From positions 63,984,001 through 64,048,000 of the forward strand of contig NW_027362772.1 in the NCBI RefSeq assembly GCF_046119375.1: DNA of 64,000 bases. Direction: 5' to 3'. Under the pieces are notes generated by a model. It did no database searches, was not told the DNA's origin, and saw only the letters and a list, made by a program, of their open reading frames with translations. This DNA is from Phyllobates terribilis. Its lineage: Eukaryota. A program made the translations under genes and the position numbers. Numbering within the stretch: position 1 is the stretch's first letter; every line of letters starts with the position of its first letter. This document shows positions 1 to 13,409 of this stretch, piece after piece.

Positions 1-2179
1 TTTGTTTTTTATAGAAGGAATATTAGATTTCAGGATTCAATTGTGGTGTTTTAGACTTTTTTTTCTGGAAAATAAGAAATAGATCATATTATTGGGTTGT
101 ACTAATGCAAGAATGACTTTCAAAGGCTTAAAATCTACAGAAAATGGGGGGAAAATAGTAAAGAAAAGCAGAGAAAAAAAAACTGCAAAAAAATAGGGGT
201 AAAGGAAGAATAAAAAGAAAGGTGAAATATTATGGATGAATGCGGTACTGATGATAGATGTGAATAGTGCCTGGAAGGGTTGTATGGAGCCAGGACAGGT
301 AGTAAGAGAGAGCCAGGTAATGTACAAGAAGGGGAACGAAGACAGGTAGCAAGACAGAGCCAAGAAGAAAGGTAGCAAAAACAAAAAAAGGAAGGAGACG
401 TCTTTTAGTACACAGGGTAAAGTAGAAATGGCAAAAGATGGAGATGTAAGACAGAGAGCCACAGGCTAACACTTATCTTTTACGGGTGTATGTTGGAGTT
501 AAGAAGCAACAGATATAAAGAGTATTTGTGATTAAGCAAGAAAGACAGATATAGAGAAAGAAAGAGGTATAGCAGCAGACAGGTAAACTAAAAAGGAGCG
601 AAAGAGGGATGGCGAGAGAGACAGAGGGTAAGAGAGAGGCAGAGAGCCGTGTCTGGGGGGAGGGGATGCAGTATCGATCCATGCGGCTTCCATCATTTTG
701 TGACACAGAATGTCAGATGTGCTGAGGTCCCTTTAACTCCTTCCCTTCCAGTCCCCCCCCCCCGCCCGCGCCCCCTCAATCACTCCGTACCAGCCGCTCG
801 ATGAAAGAATTGATTTTCTTTTTAGCAACTCAAATGTACTTTGTAATGAATTAACTCCCGTCCCTGCACGCTGAGGAGCGGAGCGAGGGAACGAGGCAGC
901 CAAGAGAGGAAAGCAAGGAAGAGCTAATGAGAGGGATGCAATGAAAAGATATTGGGAAGCAGGTGATAGATAAAATAAGGGTGCGACGGGTCGTGGGGGG
1001 CCCTGAATCGATGATTAGAATTTGGAAAAATAATCCTTTTAGTAAAATGACAGGGTAGGAAGGTATTCGCAAATCCAAGTAACAAAAGGTGTCAGGAAAG
1101 GAAAGTCCAGGTGTATTAATATGGTACGTACAGGTAGAAAGGGCCGGGAAGCAGAATTACGGATGTACAGCTGCAGGAAAGGTGTAAAAAAGGTCGTTTA
1201 GAAAGAAACCTGTGAGAACGGCTTGCCATCAAAAGTTCAAGAGAAAAAAACAGGTGGAAACAGAGATAAAAATGACAAAAGAAGATGACAAGAGAGGAAA
1301 AGAAGGGCGAGGAGGATGACATATCCGCAGAAGATTACAGGAAAGTCCTGGTTAGCTAGAGCAAGCTCATAAAATGGAAGAAGGAGACAGGTGTCGAGAG
1401 CCCATATCAGGCGCTTAATATAAAATGTCTGATACTTTTATCCCAAGTGCACTGATCATATACGACTTGTACCGCTATCTGTACAGTCTCCGAAAGTGAA
1501 TCTTAATGGAGGAAGAGAGGAATGGAAGAGTTGGGGAAGGTATTTTTTTGGCTTAGTCGACTTTAATGGAAGCAAGTGTAAATATTAGAGAAAGAAAGAG
1601 AAAAAAGGCTAGGACCAAGTAAGATAAGGATGAGAGCTGGCATGGGACAATATGTCTGACAGTGCGTGCCGGCGAGAGACGGCACGGGACAATACGTAGC
1701 GGCGTGACACAGTACGTAACCGTGTGAGACAGCAGGCTACAATGTGAGAACGCAGGGCCCAGTATGAAACATTGCGAGATAGCAAGACTGTGCGAGACCC
1801 CCATGAGTGTCACCTGTCACCTTACACCATGTTCTGTATGTAGGTAGGAGGGGTTACATTAACCCCTTCATCGAGGGGTGTGTGGTTGGAGACATTAAAC
1901 CCTTTGGCATTGAATGGGTGCCCAGTGGCTGGGGGAGGAGCCCCTCCATTTAGCCTGTGCTCTGTCCCTGCTCTCTCTTGGAAATCTCCATTATTCCAAG
2001 GGAAATAATTCCTTTTGTGTGCATGGAATGGACCTCGGGAAGGAGGAGGGTGGGGGGGCGAACAGTGGCCAGAGTGGAGGGGGATAAAGGGGGGAGCGAG
2101 AGGTGGCCAGAAGGGGAGGGGGGAACCTGGGCATCAGGGGGGAGGTCTGTGAGGGACGAAGGGGTCGCTTATACAGCTG

Positions 2180-2900
2180 TCATCAGACAAGGAAGAAGGG
2201 AGGGAGAGAAGGGGAGAGAGAGAGAGAGGAGGAGATATTGTGAAGTGTAAGATGGAATAGCCGGGACTCGCAGGCAGTGTGTGCTGCTGTGCAGGGGGGG
2301 CCTTGGATGCGTGGGGGCCATATTGTAAAATTAACCGGCTCCAGAGAGAGAGGAGGCGAGCCCAAAGAGAAAATACCAACAAAAAAGACTTTAGCCGGTG
2401 AATGCATATCCAAGAGGTGGAGAAGACATCGGTATCCTGCAGAGCATCCTTCCCCGGACTGATGCTCTGCCTGTAATTCTGACCCCCGCACACTCCACTC
2501 AAACACTACTTCCATCAGCCACAATCCGTGGCGGTGCACCGGGCGACACACGCACACCCTCACTTCTCTCCCGCACTACACACACCGACAGGTTTTTTTT
2601 TTGAGCCTGGATCTCTCCTCTCCATCATTTCTCCCCTCCTCACTCAAACACACAGACATACACACACCCTCCCTCACTCTCGCATCGGCACCGCGCACCC
2701 CGGCCTAATTCATCGGGTTATGAAAGCTGCCTGCACGCTGCTATGTTTGTTCCGCTCTCCGTCCCCTTTCTGTTTCAGCGAGCCGGCTCTGAACACACAT
2801 GGCCCTTTAAGTCGCCTCTGTCCCTGGCAGGTGCTGACGGTAAGCTACATCGGTGCTAGCAAGCAGGAGAGGCAGGCAGAGTGTGCCTCGCTGCCAAACC
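2180..2900. promoter_or_regulatory. GC/CpG-enriched, TE-free promoter-like or 5'-exon region of an unidentified gene
   Basis: CpG-retaining sequence (cgcatcggcaccgcgcacccgg, gcggtgcaccgggcg), GA-rich tracts and a ggccctttaag motif in an otherwise AT-rich, CpG-poor window. Inference only. Confidence 0.3.
2779..2839 (+). other. Candidate 61-nt exon, probably non-coding
   Basis: Acceptor ctctccgtcccctttctgtttcag| and donor ACG|gtaagc. No recognisable protein in any frame. Confidence 0.3.
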
Positions 2901-5900
2901 CCGCTGCTGCCTTTTATTCATGTTTGTATTGATCTCTGGCTGTCAGAGGCAGCGGATTCAGCTCTTCTGGTCGATAGACAGGGAAAAAAAAAGAGAGAGG
3001 GAGAGGGAGAGAGGAGAGCTCGATTTAGAGACACTGGGATGTTTAGAAATTAGAGGGAAGAATTTTTTAGGGGGGTATCCCAAATAAAAGGAACCCCACA
3101 CTTACCTGCTCAATTGGTTTCCTTTTAATAGACCCCCCACTTCCAAAGAAAGATTGGGCAATTGGAGTTGTCTTCAAGGTGTCTCCCCCTCTCCTGATGT
3201 GGGAGTTCCAACCTTTTTAGAATAATTAAGGCTTATTAGTTTAATTGGGAGAGGCATGGGTGGGAGGACAGGAGGGGCACATTCAGAATAGCAGTAGGCT
3301 GGAGACGAGCAAAGAGTGAAATAATCTCATATTAAATGACAAAAAAAACCCAATATAAACCATTGTGTAACAATATCGGATACATTAGCAACTTGTTATT
3401 TGCTTACATACCAGAAACACTTTTGCACCCTCAAACTTTACTTATTCATTCCAATGTACCCCAACTTGTATGATCTGTTCTGTACCAGGGGGTAGTAGTT
3501 CTTGCACCTGATTTCATGTTTTGCATTATGATTTTCCTTTGCTTATATGCATGGTATTACTCTAGCCTGAAATATTTTTTTTTTTAAATTGCCTAATTTT
3601 AGAATAAGCAATAGTAGATTATGACCAATTTTATTTTTTCCCCCCTCATGTATTTGCCACAGGTAATTGCGAATCCTTACGTGTGTCTGTTCTGTGGAGT
3701 GTCTGGGGACCTCTTATTTGTTTGTCCTATTATAATATGTATCACTGGTGAGAGGTCTGAGATTAATGTTGCTAAATTGTTACTTAGAAGCACTTTATGC
3801 ACATGAATACATTTGAAAGAGTGGGGAGGAATGTAAGGGGGGGGGGGAGAGATGGTGGGTTTGGCACCAGAAAGTTAATTATTATTGCTGTAAAGTTGTA
3901 TATCATTCTCCAAATAATTTGTTACCAAAACGTATCAAGAATATTAACCCCTTAGAGTGCTGTAATAGAAAATACCATCTCTGCTTTGTGCCTTCTCTGT
4001 GTGTGTCTGATCTAGATGGATATATATACATTGTAAATTTTGTATAAATATTTATTTTGGTAATATTATTAATTTCCACATTAGGCCTCCATTATTTGTA
4101 GTAAGTGTGTATCTCATAGCTATCGGTCTCATATTTATTGTTTATTATCTATTTTCATTCATTCTTTTTTTTCTTCCTTTCTCTTTAATCTCATATTTAT
4201 TTTTATATTCATCATCTATATCTATCTATCTATTGTCTATTAATCTCATATCTATCTTCTACCTTCCTCGATCAGTATATACACATTGTAATAGTAATAT
4301 CTATTTTCAGCGAACTGTGATGAAGGCTGAGTGATTTGGGAAGGTGGATTTGGCCCTATGCAGTAGACTATCTATACACGAGCATCCAGAAATGGCTTTT
4401 TAATAGACTAATTACATTTGGTTTTGCAGTGCTTGCTGGATCCGGCCTCCCTGTGTAAAGTTTTTTTTTTTTTGTGAAAAGGCTCGTGTAACCCCCCATT
4501 TTATGACCAGATAAAATGTTGGTTCCTGTCCAAGACTGACTTGAATAAAATGTGGGAAGACATAGACTTTGATTAGAGATCAAAGTTTTTGAATTTCATT
4601 TTTTTTACCCGTGTGACGACTATAAAGGTCTTGAGTAATATGGTGGCGCGGGTCCACTGTACGGCGATATCAGGTCTCTGGCAGCAACATATAGTAAAGT
4701 TAAAAGAGGAACATATTAGTGGAAACAGCTTTAGATACTGCACAGAGAAATGCCAAATTAACTAATTAGATTGTAAGCTCTCAAGCACAGGTCTTCTATC
4801 ATGTGTGATAGAATGTGTATCCATACCAAAGTCATTTAACTTTTTTCTGAATATGTTCTTATTGATGAGGGGAACGATTGCAGGTTGTGGCAGAAATGTA
4901 TATGACTAAGAAAACATTTGTGGAAGTCATTTGTATCGCTGCACAAACATACCGTGAAGGTTTTTTTTTTTCCTCATAAGGTCGAAAAACTGCCAGCGAC
5001 GAGATCTTTATAGAGACGACCATTTAATAACAATGGGAATTTTTAGTTGACGCCGCCATTTCTGCAGCCCCCCCCCCCCCCATACGATAGAGTAGCTACA
5101 GCATATGGAAAGTTTGGGAATATTTTGTATAAATTAACCTACCTCAAAGCTCTTCTGGTTTTAGTTATCCAAAGTTTATTTTTCATATATATATATGTAA
5201 ATATATATATATATATTTATGTGTTGTTTTTTTTTAATAAATGCATTACATTGAATGGGGGACAACGTTTCCAGCCCCAATTCATAATGGACAGGATCGG
5301 AAAAAAAAAGCCAGACTAAAATGGCGTCATTCTTTAAAGATTATATGGATAGGTTGACCACGGATTAGTATAAAGAGTGAACGCTGAGACCTGACTGTCT
5401 ACAAATAGCTTCATGGCATATGAGAATGGTACCAAACCTGAGAAGTGGGCATATCGGGCGGAACGCCCTTGGGTTTTGTAATTTTTTTCTTTATGGCCGA
5501 CGTCCATTATAAAAGTCTGTATTCATTAATGGCCAGGTCTCCATTTTTTTCTTACAGTGATCTTGATCAATAAGACCATGATTTTTTTTAAGATGGAGTC
5601 AATGGTGGAACTTAAGGGTCTGCTGCGTAATTCCGCTCGTATAAAAGGCGATGACGATTTAGTCATTACTTATATTATTTTGGTAGCTAACCGATGAAGA
5701 AAACGCTGTTCTTTAGTCTAAAAATTATTAAGTCCATCAGTGCCAGATGCTGCAATTTTTTTAGCCAATGAGATCCATAGGGTATTATTTTATATGCATT
5801 TTTGCATACATTATATTATATAAGTCAAAGTAAATTCCAATGCACTCACTGCATCACTGAATATAAAGACTCATACATTGTCATAAACTTGCATATGTGT

Positions 5901-7299
5901 TAAACATTTATTAATATTACTTTTTAGTACTAGAAGAGTCATTTTGTATTTTTCATTTTTTTTTGCTAAGGAGATGAATAATGATTGAATTTTTGAATTT
6001 ATTGCAGTATCTACTACGTCACAGGTCTGTGGTTTCATTACTTGGGTGATAGTGACACCCAAATCTCCCCCCATTTGCAGCATTTGGTTTGTAAGTGTCT
6101 AAAAAAAAATCGTCCAACAGGGAATACTGCAGCCAACATCACATAACCCGGATCACTATAGGCCGGGCTAGTTCCTCTTAAAATGATGACGTACATTTAT
6201 TTTTCCTCCTAAATAAGCAGCCAGCATCACTTCATTTACTTATTCATCCTGTGCTATTTCTACTGGATTACTTTTTGCAATAGATTATTATAGAATTTCA
6301 CATTAGTTATAAGCAGCCAGTCTTAATTTTATATATTAGCATATTTATCGATCACCCATAGCTTTACTTATATGCATATATATTTAGATATATTCTTTTA
6401 TAAAGGCATATATATATACATATATATGTTGTATAGATATATAAAATTCATACTGTCGCACATTTGATGCAGTCGGGCTCAGCGGCATCGTGAAGGAGTA
6501 TGATATTGATTTTTTTTTTTTAGATGTAAACTCATTTTGTGTTTTTTGCTGAATTTATAATAAAAGAATATTTATTATTATTTGGTATAGCGATGTATAT
6601 TCTCCCCCCCAAAAAACACAACATTTTGAAGAGATAAATAAATCAGAATATTATATCAGGCTTCTTCTCCCATATATAATATATGACCCATCGCTACTGA
6701 ATAATAAAAACGCAGAATAAAGTTTCATCTGTTTTGAATTATTGTATATTAAAATATGATTTCATTTGTGAATTTTTAGCAGAGCTTTTATATATTTTTT
6801 AAAAACATAATCTCAGCATCACATAATAATTTAGTAATGAGTCCTTCCATTCTCAAAATCGAAGCGGGGCCATAGTTAACTTTGAGGCACCAAGACCAGT
6901 TTGGCGCTCCGTCATTCATACTCTACAAGTGAAACCAGTCACCTCCCCTGTTCAGTGGTACAAAGCATGGGGAAGGGATTCCCTATCCTAATGAACTTTA
7001 AATTTTGGGGTTAAAATAAAAAAATAAAAGTTCATGAAAGGTAAAAATAGAGTTCCCCTTTAAACATGACACAAGTTATCGTGATGATAGTGGTGGATGG
7101 TATTTTTATAAATTGTAATAAGTGCAAAAACTATTAAATTGTTGTATATCTCCAAAGGCTAGACCTTACTCTGACGTCTTTTATAATATTATAATATGTT
7201 TGTCAGAATCCAAGGGCTAGGACACTACTGCCATACCAAAAAACTGCTTTCGGTCTATGACGAAGCTAAGAGAAAAAAACATAATCTCTATAGTTAGAC

Positions 7300-7434
7300 N
7301 NNNNNNNNNNNNNNNNNNNNNNNNNNNNNNNNNNNNNNNNNNNNNNNNNNNNNNNNNNNNNNNNNNNNNNNNNNNNNNNNNNNNNNNNNNNNNNNNNNNN
7401 NNNNNNNNNNNNNNNNNNNNNNNNNNNNNNNNNN
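7300..7434. other. Run of 135 N (gap or mask)
   Basis: Seen directly; followed by (TA)n-like sequence. Confidence 0.98.
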
Positions 7435-7874
7435 TATGCATACATGCATATACATGTATATATATAAATATATATATACACACATATATATAGGGCAAGT
7501 GTAGTATTTTGTCTTAACCAAAGATATTTTAAAAACATATTTAGGTTGTTATACGTAGTTTGAAGATGCACTTTCTACATTGTTCATTATGTTGCTTAAT
7601 GTTAGCTTATATGGAAAGATTAAATATATGATTCACATATATTTTTTATAACATGATTAATATTTATCAATGACAATTTGAATGTTTTCATTTCAATCTT
7701 CATGATACGTATGTATAGGTGTGTATATATATATATATTTGTGTGTATAGTGTGTATATATATATATATATGTAGTGTGTATATATATATGTACAGTGTA
7801 TATGTGTATATAGATGTGTAGTGTGTATACCTATATATGTGTGTATAGTGTATATATATATGTGTATGGTGTAT
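7435..7874. repeat. (TA)n/(TG)n low-complexity microsatellite patches
   Basis: tatatata and gtgtatat tracts at about 7435-7492 and 7705-7874. Confidence 0.85.
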
Positions 7875-8087
7875 NNNNNNNNNNNNNNNNNNNNNNNNNN
7901 NNNNNNNNNNNNNNNNNNNNNNNNNNNNNNNNNNNNNNNNNNNNNNNNNNNNNNNNNNNNNNNNNNNNNNNNNNNNNNNNNNNNNNNNNNNNNNNNNNNN
8001 NNNNNNNNNNNNNNNNNNNNNNNNNNNNNNNNNNNNNNNNNNNNNNNNNNNNNNNNNNNNNNNNNNNNNNNNNNNNNNNNNNNNNNN
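7875..8087. other. Run of 213 N (gap or mask)
   Basis: Seen directly; preceded by TA/TG microsatellite. Confidence 0.98.
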
Positions 8088-10596
8088 GATCTAAATATGA
8101 ATGGTCCAATATGTCGTTTACCATTAGCATGAATATGCATTTTTCCAAGATAAGAAACCAAAATAATTTTCACACCTCTACTGTCCTGAAAGATAAATGT
8201 ATCCTACACCATCTGCACAATCGTGGCCAAAGAAAAGTGACAACCCCTAGTTCCAAGGCAGAGATGTGCTTACACTGGTTGTCAGTCCACCTCTTCCCAA
8301 CAGATTTTACAGCTCTCACTAATACAAGACTGTTGGTCCCAATGCTAAATGCAGTTGGCATCTATATACCGTATGGAAAACGCTCCTTACTTTTCTGTAT
8401 CATTATTTTTATTAATTTCGAAAAAAATAAAATAATTAATTCGCCAATTTAGTTAATTAAGAAGATATTGTTTAGTGGCATTAACCAAGCAGAAACGAGC
8501 AGGATTGTCCCAGTTAGGTGCGAGCTGAAGATAAAGTAGGGCAGTTGTAAAGATAAGACAGAATCTTTCATTCCTCTCTTCTCTTATAAAATCTCGCTAT
8601 AATGGGTAAAAACTTGTTCAAATAGGTGTTCATGTGAAGAAGGCGTATTTTGTGTATCAGTGGTTATACGCTCGGCAGACTTGGACCTACTAATAATATG
8701 TAATTTTTTTTTATTTCTTTCTGTGATTTGAGCGGCAAAGCTGCTATAAAGTCCTAAGTCAAGAGAATAGTCAGCAGTTATAAAAATGAACCAGTATAAT
8801 CGATGTGCGAGCGTGATGAATGTCCTGTACAGGGTGGAATTTTGTATGGAGTTGAATCATTTGTTGCATTTTTTTTCCCCCCATCTTTATCGATTTTACA
8901 AGTGATTTCAACCTGGTTGCTTTTGTATTTTAACACTTATGTTATGGGACTGAGTAAATGTATATTACTAGTTCAGTATGACTTTGATACAGTGCAAGCT
9001 AGGTTGGTGGATCCACTAACCTAAAGGCAACCATACACCTGTTGGTCTGATGCAACTTGTTCAGCCAGCCGACTTTTCCTCATACATATGCATGCTTGAG
9101 TTGGCCCTAACATATATGTGCATGTGTTTTGCATAGGATTTGGGGAGCACACCGTCCCCCAGGCACCTCTGGTGATGGCTTATCTCTTAGGAGGTGTTGA
9201 AATTCAACATAACTGATCCTTATCCTCAAGTCCACGCACTTGAAAGTGTCGTCTGATCCTGCTAAAATTGGCAGATTTGGACTACTTTTCTCTAGTGTGA
9301 ACAGTGCCCTTAATCCTCCTTCCACACTAGTATCATGGCTTCCATTTTAAAGGGACTGCAGGCTGCACCGTTCTTGCTGTAAAAATGACCATGAGGCCTA
9401 TAATGCAAGTATGAACCAAGTCTTCGAGAACATATATATTTGGTTTGGAGATGAGCAATGTCTTGTTGACGTGTTGCTAGGGATTTGGGTAAGATCCAGT
9501 TCTTGATTGGGATCTGTATCCAGGCCTTATACCAATGTATTCTCTGCTATGTCCCATGATCAGCAAATACAGACTAGAGGTCCTTAGACGACGATGCATT
9601 CCAACAGATGGATTTGTATGGTGAATGGACACCAAGATGTGAAGGAATCAGAAATGTTTAAATTGGTTTCCCATGGAATAAAAAAAATGTTTGAAGGTGT
9701 AGCATATGTTCACATAATCCTGATATATTTTGCTCAGGCTTTCCAAAATCATGGTAAAAATGCTGTTAAATCGCACTGCGGTCGCGACATGCGAACATGA
9801 CTCTCAGACTGCATCAAAAGAAAAACAAAAAAGAAGAAATAACTATCCTTACCGGATACACGCATCTCTCTGGTTTCGACAAATCGGAAATTGCAGGAAG
9901 TGCCATTCAGCCAATTACAGTCTGAGCCCTTCCAAAAATGTTTATTTTTTCCCCTTGAAAACCCTCTATTTTTTTTTTCATTCAAAATGCCCCATATATA
10001 TGTATGCAAGTTGTCTCTTCAGAGAGGAAGAGGACTTGAACTCTAGCTCCACCTATTGGACGTAGCAATCCTAAAAGTCAATATCAGCCCTTTAATGAGC
10101 CTTTGTCACATGACTTAGGATAAAAGTCAATTTGCAGACACGTGTTTCGGGGTACTGCCCATTGTCAGTGCAAAGCAAGAGGTCTGATTTGGCGGAAGAA
10201 CATCTCATACAGGGCTGCAGTCATAGATTCAGATTTCCCATGGTTATAATGCAGATCTTCAAAGTCAGTCGACTCCAGGTCACACATAGAGGGATTTAAT
10301 GAAAGCCATGGGGAGTTTTATCCTATATACTAAGAGTATTAAGAAATGATTTGCAGATATTAATGAATACATTTTGAGAACTTTGCTCCAGTGGCCACAT
10401 GAGTATTCTGCCAAAACCGAGCTCGGTGAGCCACCACCAGCCTGTAGGCATCCCCAGGCTGGCGCGACACCCACGCAAACCATCACGCCAGCTAATCAAA
10501 AGAGGAGCCGCAGATGACGGCAGGTAGGTGGTGGCTCACGTTTGGCTGCCACTGAATACTGACAGGGTCCTCTGAATCGATTTGCTCATCTCTTAA

Positions 10597-11155
10597 AGGG
10601 GATTTCCCACAAGCAAAAGTTAATTTTAATCAATAGATCTTGGAGTAATAATAGTTTCCACAATTGGATGTGTTTAAATAAAATGTTCCTGTGCTGAGAT
10701 AATCTTATAAATGTGTCCCCGCTGTGTACTGTGTAATGGCTGTGTCTGACCGTACAGGAACATGGTCTGATCATACCACAGCTCCTGGGCAGGGGGGGAA
10801 GCAAAAGAGAGTATACAGACATTACAGCATGGGATCATAAAAATGTTTTTCTTTGAGGTAAAACTTTGTTTGAAAACAGGCAGGGAAATGTTTTACCTCA
10901 CAAAAAGAATCAGCTGCGATCCCATGCTGTAATGTCTGTATACTCTTTTGCTTCCTCCCCTGCCCAGGAAATGTGGTATGATCAGACCATGTTCCTGTAC
11001 GGTCAGACACAGCCATTACACAGTACACAGCAGGGGCACATTTATAAGATTATCTCAGCACAGGAACATTTTATTTAATCACATCCAATTGTGGAAGTTA
11101 TTAATATTCCAAGATCTATTGATTAAAATGAACTTTTGTTAGTGGGAAAACCCCT
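10597..11155. mobile_element. T2/Kolobok-type MITE, near-palindromic
   Basis: TTAA|aggggatttcccac ... gtgggaaaacccct|TTAA, with about 250-bp inverted arms around a short spacer. Confidence 0.9.
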
Positions 11156-13154
11156 TTAAGTATTCGGCTTCTTTGACATTTTCTTTATTTATGGGTCTGC
11201 GCTGAACACATTTAGATTTTATACATACATTTGGCTTGTGCTGAAAACCTTTTGTTAAAAAAAGTTGAAGTTGCTTTATTTAGGTAAATATATTTGTAAA
11301 ATCGCCGTCACTAAATTCTGCACAGATTTGTACTCTGGAAGCTTTAAAATACATTATGAACACATTACTTAATCTTCTATCTGGCTGTATCCAATTATAT
11401 TATATAAGCAATTAGTTATCTGTTAGACTTATTTCATATCATCCTGCTACCCCCGGTTGTAAAACATAACTATACTGTTATGTCCTATTTCATGTATAAG
11501 TTATTCGGCTGTTTCTCTCCGGTTAATCTTCTTCTCGCTTCCCGTTTGGGTCCCACAAATCTCAGCCATCAGCCCTCTGCTCTTCTTTCAAAATCACCTT
11601 CCCTTTCTGTAAACTAATAAACCTCTTTAATATAGCTTCTAAAGCCTTCTTCTGCACCACGATAAAATAGACCCGGGAACAAAATCATGTGTAAATGTAT
11701 TGAACTCCTGACAAAATACATCACATTTTTCAAACGATGCGAGCGGGAGGCCTTTATCACGTCCTTTAATCATGTCCCAAACATTTAATCATTATGGAAA
11801 TCGGTCAATATGTTAATAAAAGACTTGACGGACGCAGTGGTTGCACATGGACCAGAAATCACGCCGCTCTCTTACCAGGTAGCTACAAATAGACGTCTGA
11901 TTATTTATGGCCCCTTTTGAGTATAATAGCGTATTGTTTGGCGTTCTGTCAGCCATCGGTTATATCTGTTAAGCTCACAATCGTGCATAAATAGGTCCGT
12001 TTTTATTATTATATACGACTTACACGGGAAGAAACAAATTAAGCTTATTGAATTTCAATTGACCGGTTCTTACTGAACTCTGAATATTTATCCTAATATG
12101 TAACATCAGATTTGTCATTCCCTATGATTACATGTTATATGGCATTTATAGACATTTTAAAAGAACCATATTATTTGAGGCATAGCTATTTGGAGCGGTG
12201 CTCTGGTTGAGGGAGGAGACAGCCCTGATATTTGATTTGTATGTGGCAATCATATGGATCTGATGCCTCCATAATATCAGACTTGGCCATATTTTTACAT
12301 TTTCTGTCTAATGTCTAATATCACACTACAGCCATAGGAGAAGGGCAGAAACATGGAGTGGAATGACATAATATACAGGCATCTGCCAGCCGTCTCCATT
12401 CAGCTAGAGTAGGGGCATATTTTTGGGGGGTACATAATACAGTTTAAAGTCCAGGACTATTAATTCTTTTGTCCAATTAAGAAAAATATCTGTTAACCTG
12501 CCCAATATAGCAAGTTATATAGCTTAGTAATATAGTTTCGTTATTCAACGTATCCCGATCTAAACATATGTGCTCCGATCCCGGGTTCCGGCACCTCCAC
12601 TTCAGGAGAGAAGAGCTTTTTGTTTGCCTGCGACCATTGATGCGTATGGAGGAGGCTGGCTCATTTTCATAGCTAAGCCAGTTCCTTCTCTCCAGTGAAT
12701 GTGACAGAGAAGGAGACTTGCTTAGCTATTGAAATGAGACGGTCCTTTTCAAACACAATAATGATGACATGTCAGCACAGGAAACACTGCTCTGTACTGG
12801 AAATATAGCTGCCAGGATCAGAGTGAATAAATGGCCAAATTGACAATATAAACTTTGCACATAACCTTTTATAACCCCAATAAAAGTCACAACTTATCTA
12901 ATCTCTGCCTCTGTACTGCAGATCCTGAAGTTTAATCAAACCTGCTAATTTAGGTGCTTGGTGCACACTTGGTGTGGCCAAGAGGCTCAGTGCCCCTATC
13001 CACCTACTGGTTTTGCATGCCCCACCTCCCTCACTAGTTATTGATAGTGATGGCTTTCCTGAGCTTTCTGTGCAGACTGTGCTCATTCCAAGCAAGTAAG
13101 TGCTGTCAATCACTAGTGAGGGAGGCTGGAACATGCACAAGCTGTGGCGGAATG

Positions 13155-13385
13155 GTGCCTCTTAGCCATGATTAGTGTGCCTTTTAACCATGACTACTTT
13201 GCACTGAGCCTCTTAGCCATGACAGGTGTACACTGAGCCTCTTAGCCATGACTAGTGTGCTCTGAGCCTCTTCTTAGCCAGGACAGGTGTGCCTGCGCCT
13301 CTTAACCATAACTAATGGCCACTGAGCCTCTTAGGCTTGACTAGTTTGCATTGAGCCTCTTAGCCTCGACTAGTTTGCACTGAGC
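13155..13385. repeat. Degenerate 29-bp tandem repeat, about 8 copies
   Basis: Unit about cactgagcctcttagccatgactagtttg; gagcc recurs at 13206, 13235 and 13264. Confidence 0.8.
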
Positions 13386-13409
13386 AGCCTAATGAGCATA
13401 TTTGATTAA

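Noticed and set aside
37-1813. Hydrophobic minus-strand ORFs of 68-141 aa
   Set aside because: Reverse complement of purine-rich low-complexity DNA; no domain.
2831-2839. 9-nt microexon (cag|GTGCTGACG|gtaagc)
   Set aside because: The upstream acceptor at 2778 has a much better polypyrimidine tract; the microexon cannot be supported without RNA data.
7217-8452. ORFs spanning X residues
   Set aside because: Artefacts of N runs and TA repeats.
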